A model generated the notes under the pieces. The model made no database searches. It was not told the DNA's origin and saw only the letters and a program-made list of their open reading frames with translations. From NCBI GenBank assembly GCA_965219455.1, contig OZ244744.1, positions 320,001 to 384,000 of the forward strand: a stretch of DNA of 64,000 nucleotides, in the 5' to 3' direction. The position numbers were made by a program, and so were the translations under genes. Positions 63,519-64,000 of this stretch are shown here, piece after piece. This DNA comes from Candidatus Latescibacterota bacterium (lineage in GTDB: Bacteria; Latescibacterota; UBA2968; GCA-2709665). Within the stretch, counting starts at the first letter, position 1, and the number at the start of each line of letters is the position of its first letter.

Positions 63519-64000
63519 GTGAACACATCATGGACTCCCCCCGAAAATAAGGGTCACCGCGTTGTCGCATTTCCCGACCGGCCCAACATCTGGATTGGCG
63601 CCCTTTCATTTGACGAGATCCGCCGCCGACACGCCGCCGGAGACCAGAACATCTGCTCGTGGGCAGACGAGTCTCTCGCCATAGCCGAAAAATGGTCCGC
63701 CAGGCCCGATGCCTGGTACCTGGATAATATCTGGCATCGGGAGCCGCGCGGCATCTATACCTGCGCCTGTCCCATCCACCCTTTCCGGGTACGGTACTAC
63801 AGCTACTTCGACTGGTCCCTGGATGACCCGTGGCGGCTTCACTGTCCGTACTGCAAGGCAGACGGCCGTGAATACGCTTTTTATCCCAACCCCAGGTACC
63901 CGGATGACGGAGACGGTTGCTTTCCCACGGACGAAGTGTGGCGCGAGGACCACGACGAAGCCTGGAGCCAGGCGCACGACGGGATCCCCTGGGACCACTG
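63519..64000 (+). CDS. 5' part of an uncharacterised protein, possibly heparinase II/III-like; runs off the window end
   Basis: Not in the ORF track. GTG 63519 (GGAG upstream) is open to the end: MNTSWTPPENKG...TCACPIHP...FDWSLDDPWRLHCPYC...YPDDGDG. Confidence 0.7.
   Translation, partial: MNTSWTPPENKGHRVVAFPDRPNIWIGALSFDEIRRRHAAGDQNICSWADESLAIAEKWSARPDAWYLDNIWHREPRGIYTCACPIHPFRVRYYSYFDWSLDDPWRLHCPYCKADGREYAFYPNPRYPDDGDGCFPTDEVWREDHDEAWSQAHDGIPWDH

Overview
A GC-rich bacterial chromosomal window; RpoB/RpoC motifs tentatively suggest an FCB-group lineage such as Latescibacterota/Gemmatimonadota (inference, not tested). 1-18.9 kb (minus strand) is the core transcription/translation superoperon: tRNA-Tyr, tRNA-Gly, tRNA-Thr, rpmG, tRNA-Trp, secE, nusG, rplK-A-J-L, rpoB-C, rpsL-G, fusA, tuf, rpsJ, rplC-D-W and partial rplB. 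It lacks a second tuf, and RpoB and S12 carry substitutions at known antibiotic-resistance positions. 20.9-23.6 kb holds a plant-type threonine synthase / cystathionine gamma-synthase pair. 23.7-36.6 kb is a tightly coupled 12-gene operon in which a GldA/GldF/GldG-type ABC system plus a DUF4340 protein sits inside a MoxR-DUF58-BatABCDE chaperone locus; this is the best candidate for an undescribed system. 36.7-53 kb is accessory DNA: sugar-acid enzymes, an AAA-ATPase/PD-(D/E)XK protein, a polyamine-type ABC transporter, four antitoxin-like genes with no intact toxin, and two unrelated MITE families. One MITE (109 bp, 4-bp target duplication) interrupts an aspartic protease at codon 5; the other is IS630-like and present in two size variants. 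53-64 kb has an NhaC-family transporter, a rhodanese-MauE-TPR/FG-GAP-CRTAC1 unit, a DegT-family aminotransferase and the start of a gene missing from the ORF track. All calls come from motif recognition by eye; no database searches were run.
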